A stretch of DNA of 64,000 nt, taken from the NCBI GenBank assembly GCA_040005095.1, contig JBDTZN010000003.1, forward strand, positions 12,089-76,088. Direction: 5' to 3'. This stretch comes from Thermoleophilia bacterium (GTDB taxonomy: Bacteria > Actinomycetota > Thermoleophilia > Gaiellales > Gaiellaceae). Below, piece after piece: positions 60,895 to 64,000 of the stretch. Within the stretch, counting starts at the first letter, position 1. Each line of letters starts with the position of its first letter. Under the pieces are notes generated by a model. It had not been told where the DNA came from. It was given only the letters and a program-made list of their open reading frames with translations, and did not search any database. Made by a program: the position numbers and the translations under genes.

Positions 60895-62871
60895 CTAGGC
60901 CGGCGCCGCGGCGCGGACATCGGCGAGCGGTTGCCCGAACATCCGCTCCGACACGCCGGTCTGATCGAGGTACTTCGTGATCCCGCCGAGGAAGAACGGC
61001 CAGCCCGCTCCGAGGATCAGACACGCGTCGACATCCGCAGCGTCAGCCACGACGCCCTCTTCGAGCACGCGGTGGATCTCGTCGGCAACGGCCTCGAGCG
61101 CCGCTTCGGTGATCTCCTCGACACTCTTACGCGCATCCTCGAGGATGACGATTTCGTCGCGCCCCCCGGCGAACCCCGCCAGGGTCGGCGAGAGCGCGAA
61201 GCGGTCGGGGAATGCCTCGTGCATGGTCTCGAGCACGTGGTTCGCCACCCGCGGACCGACCATCTGGAGTAGGACGGAAGGCGCCATCGGCATCCCGAGC
61301 CGCATGATCGCCTCGTCGGTCTCCTCGACCGAGTTGCCGCGCTCCAGCGCGTCCATCAGCACGCGCGTCATCCGGGTAAGCACGCGGTTGACGACGAAGC
61401 CAGGCGCGTCCCGCACAACTACGGCGCGCTTCCGCAGCTTCTTCGAGACATCCCAGGCGGTCGCGAGCGTCACATCGTCGGTCTTGGCAGCCCGCACGAG
61501 CTCGACGAGCGGCATGAGTGCGACCGGGTTGAAGAAATGCATGCCCACGACGCGCTCGGGGTGCTCCAGGCCCGACGCCATCTCGGTGACCGAGAGCGAT
61601 GACGTGTTGGTGGCGAGGACGCACTCGGCCGGAACGACGCGCTCGAGCTCGGCGAAGACCTCTTGCTTGACGGCCAGCTCCTCGAAGACCGCTTCGAGAA
61701 CGAGATCGCAACCGCCGAAAACGTCGTAGGACGTCGAGCCGGAGACGAGCGAGGCGAGGAACCGTGCCTTGCCGTCGTCGTAACGGCCCTTCGAGACCTG
61801 CAGCGCCAGCTCGTCGCGGATGGACTCCACGGCGCGGTCGACGGTCGGCTGGTCGAGGTCGCGCAGGACGATCGGCACCTCGAGCCGCCTGAGGAACAGC
61901 GTGGCCAGCTGGGTCGCCATCAGGCCCGCGCCGACGATGCCCACTCGCTCGATCCTGCGCGGCTTCGCCTCGGGAACGCCGACGCCACGCTTGATCCTGC
62001 GCTCGACGAGGTCGAACGCGTAGATCGACGCCTGGGCCTGCCGGCTCGGCAGCAGCTCCGCGATCGCGTCTTCTTCGGCGCGATACCCCTCCTCCAGCGA
62101 CCACGTGGCTGCGCCCTCGATCAGGTCGAGCGCGCGGTACGGACCGGGTGCGGCGCCGTGGACCGAGTCGTCGACGTCGCTGCGTGCGCGCCGGAGGATC
62201 GTCTCGAGCTCCGAGAAGTCCGGCACCGGCCGCTCGATGCCGTCGCGCTCGGCGAGATCGCGGGCGAACGCGATCGACTCGTCGAGGAACTCGACCGGCG
62301 CGTACAGCGCATCGGCGAAGCCGAGCTCGAGCGCCTTGCGGGCATCGAGCATCCGGTTCTGCTTGAGGGGGTTCGCGACGATGAACTTGACCGCCGTCTC
62401 CGGCCCGACGAGCCGCGGAATGATTTGGGTTCCGCCCCAGGCCGGGAAGATCCCGAGGAACACCTCGGGGCACGCGAAGTGGCGGACGCCGGCGGAGATC
62501 GTGCGCGCATCGCAGTGCAGCGCGATCTCGACTCCGCCGCCGAGGCACGCGCCGTTGATCGCCGCGACGGTGGGGTACGGGAGCGCCGCGAGGCGCGCGA
62601 ACAGCTCGTGTCCCGCGTGCGAGCCCTCGCGCGCGAGCTCGGGCGAGACGTCGGGGAACTCGGTCACGTCGGCTCCCGCCGCGAAGACGAACGGCTTGCC
62701 TGTGAGCACGAGCGCCGCAAACTCCGTGCGCTCCAGTTCGCCGAGGACGCGGTCGAGCGACTCGAGCGCGCCCCGTGAGAAGAATGTCGGCTTCGTGTGG
62801 TCGGCGCCGTTGTCGATGGTGACCACCGCGACGTCGCCGGCGCGCGCCAGCTTGAACTCGGTGTCAGGCAC
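60895..62871 (-). CDS. fadB: Bifunctional enoyl-CoA hydratase / 3-hydroxyacyl-CoA dehydrogenase
   Basis: A 658-aa product with an N-terminal crotonase fold (FVFAAGADV...GGGVEIALHCD) and a central NAD-binding segment, VGIVGAGLMATQLA. Confidence 0.95.
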   Translation of the reverse strand: MPDTEFKLARAGDVAVVTIDNGADHTKPTFFSRGALESLDRVLGELERTEFAALVLTGKPFVFAAGADVTEFPDVSPELAREGSHAGHELFARLAALPYPTVAAINGACLGGGVEIALHCDARTISAGVRHFACPEVFLGIFPAWGGTQIIPRLVGPETAVKFIVANPLKQNRMLDARKALELGFADALYAPVEFLDESIAFARDLAERDGIERPVPDFSELETILRRARSDVDDSVHGAAPGPYRALDLIEGAATWSLEEGYRAEEDAIAELLPSRQAQASIYAFDLVERRIKRGVGVPEAKPRRIERVGIVGAGLMATQLATLFLRRLEVPIVLRDLDQPTVDRAVESIRDELALQVSKGRYDDGKARFLASLVSGSTSYDVFGGCDLVLEAVFEELAVKQEVFAELERVVPAECVLATNTSSLSVTEMASGLEHPERVVGMHFFNPVALMPLVELVRAAKTDDVTLATAWDVSKKLRKRAVVVRDAPGFVVNRVLTRMTRVLMDALERGNSVEETDEAIMRLGMPMAPSVLLQMVGPRVANHVLETMHEAFPDRFALSPTLAGFAGGRDEIVILEDARKSVEEITEAALEAVADEIHRVLEEGVVADAADVDACLILGAGWPFFLGGITKYLDQTGVSERMFGQPLADVRAAAPA

Positions 62872-64000
62872 GTTCCCAGAGCACCGCGGCGCCCATTCCC
62901 ATCCCCACGCAGAGTGCGGTCAAGCCGTACTGGACGTCCGGCCGCTCTTTGAAGCCGTATGCGAGCTGCGCCATCAGGCGCACGCCCGTCGCAGCCAGTG
63001 GATGGCCGAAGGCGATCGCGCCGCCGTACGGGTTCAGCCGCTCATCCTCTGGAGCGACGCCGAAAGCATCGCACCAGGTCAGCACCTGAACGGCGAACGG
63101 CTCGTTCAGCTCCAGCAGGCCGACGTCGTCGAGCGTGAGCCCGGCTTGGTCGAGCACTCTTTCGGTCGCGGGGATCGGTCCGATGCCCATCAGCTCGGGC
63201 TCGACGCCCGCGAACGCGAAGGCGACGAGGCGCATCTTTGGCTCGAGGACGAGTTCTTCCACGGCCGCGTCGGAGGCGAGGAAGCACGCGGTGGCCCCGT
63301 CGGTCAGTCCGGCCGAGTTGCCGGCCGTGACCCGGCCTCCGGGCCGGAAGGGCGTGCGCAGCTCGGCGAGGCCCTCGAGCGTCGTGTCCGGACGCAGGAA
63401 CTCGTCGCGGCCGGCCACGCGCCAACCTTCCTCGGTGAAGACGGACATCGGGACGACGGTCTCGCGCATGACGCCGTTCTGCCAGGCCTCGGCTGCACGC
63501 TGCTGCGACTGAACCGCGAAGAAGTCGGCGCGCTCCTTCGTGATTTCAGGGAGGCGGTCGTGGAGGTTCTCCGCAGTAGCGCCCATCGTGACGGCCGAGT
63601 TGTCGACGAGGCGCTCGGAGACGAAGCGCGGGTTGAAGTCGACGTCCTCTCCCATCGGGTGGTGGCCCATGTGCTCGACGCCGCCGGCGAGCACGATGTC
63701 GGCCGCCCCTAGCGCGAGCTCGCCCGCGCCCACGGTGACGGCCGTGAGCGCGCCGGCGCACATGCGGTCGACGGCAAAGCCCGGGACGCTGTGCGGAATG
63801 CCGGCGAGGAGCCCGACGTCGCGTCCGAGCGTGAGCCCCTGGTCGCCGACCTGCGCCGTCGCGGCCATGATCACGTCGCCGATCCGCTCGGGCGGGATGG
63901 CCGGGTTCCGCCGCAGCAACTCCCGAACGACCTTGACGGCCATATCATCCGCGCGCGTCGACCAGAACATCCCCTTGGGCCCGGCCTTGCCGAACGCCGT
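62864..64000 (-). CDS. fadA: Acetyl-CoA C-acyltransferase (thiolase); N-terminus outside the window
   Basis: The active-site regions are VDRMCAGALTAV and GHPLAATG...LCVGMGMGAA. The frame stays open to the right edge (..RTAFGKAGPKGMFWSTR..). Confidence 0.95.
   Translation of the reverse strand, partial: TAFGKAGPKGMFWSTRADDMAVKVVRELLRRNPAIPPERIGDVIMAATAQVGDQGLTLGRDVGLLAGIPHSVPGFAVDRMCAGALTAVTVGAGELALGAADIVLAGGVEHMGHHPMGEDVDFNPRFVSERLVDNSAVTMGATAENLHDRLPEITKERADFFAVQSQQRAAEAWQNGVMRETVVPMSVFTEEGWRVAGRDEFLRPDTTLEGLAELRTPFRPGGRVTAGNSAGLTDGATACFLASDAAVEELVLEPKMRLVAFAFAGVEPELMGIGPIPATERVLDQAGLTLDDVGLLELNEPFAVQVLTWCDAFGVAPEDERLNPYGGAIAFGHPLAATGVRLMAQLAYGFKERPDVQYGLTALCVGMGMGAAVLWERA

Overview
This is a 64-kb, high-GC (roughly 70% by eye), gene-dense chromosomal segment of actinobacterial type. 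The taxon cannot be fixed from sequence alone. The markers are DipZ, a PAC2 protein, SigR/RsrA-like sigma/anti-sigma pairs, many GTG/TTG starts and frequent 4-nt GTGA/ATGA stop-start overlaps. I support about 60 protein-coding genes, almost all housekeeping or metabolic:
- a Fe(3+)-type ABC system, PhzF, and a TPP-riboswitch-controlled permease/kinase operon;
- a ModE-like regulator with modABC, aconitase, Lon with an HxlR regulator;
- an amidohydrolase plus three-subunit molybdenum hydroxylase cluster with a MocA-like gene;
- two ECF sigma/ZAS anti-sigma pairs embedded in a thiol-redox cluster;
- an acetate channel with acs, an M16 peptidase, NAD synthetase, an acyl-CoA synthetase and an MFS exporter;
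- selD with two coupled genes, ctaA, dipZ, an SF2 helicase, and fadB/fadA.

I found no rRNA, tRNA, CRISPR array, integrase, transposase or prophage. Most long ORFs in the track are Arg/Ala/Gly/Pro-rich shadow frames of real genes.

Observations worth a second look:
1. An XRE-HTH/TPR regulator is followed 19 nt downstream by a 39-codon signal-peptide-like mini-ORF with a strong RBS, an RRNPP-like peptide-signalling layout.
2. An unclassified structured non-coding element of about 90 nt starts at gene stop codons. There are two near-identical copies 31 kb apart plus one diverged copy, and G-U wobbles assign its strand.
3. selD is translationally coupled to a NadM-type nucleotidyltransferase and followed by an ApgM-type metalloenzyme, with no canonical selenium-utilisation partners in the window.
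4. An intact Mug-NUDIX fusion reading frame has no canonical start codon.
5. A UbiB/ABC1 kinase gene is inactivated by an internal deletion and at least two further frameshifts, and a second gene is frameshifted.
6. A SigR/SigH-type GGGAAT-N18-GTT promoter lies in front of one ECF sigma gene.

Coordinates not taken from the ORF track were counted by hand and anchored to ORF-track codons. They may be off by a base or two.
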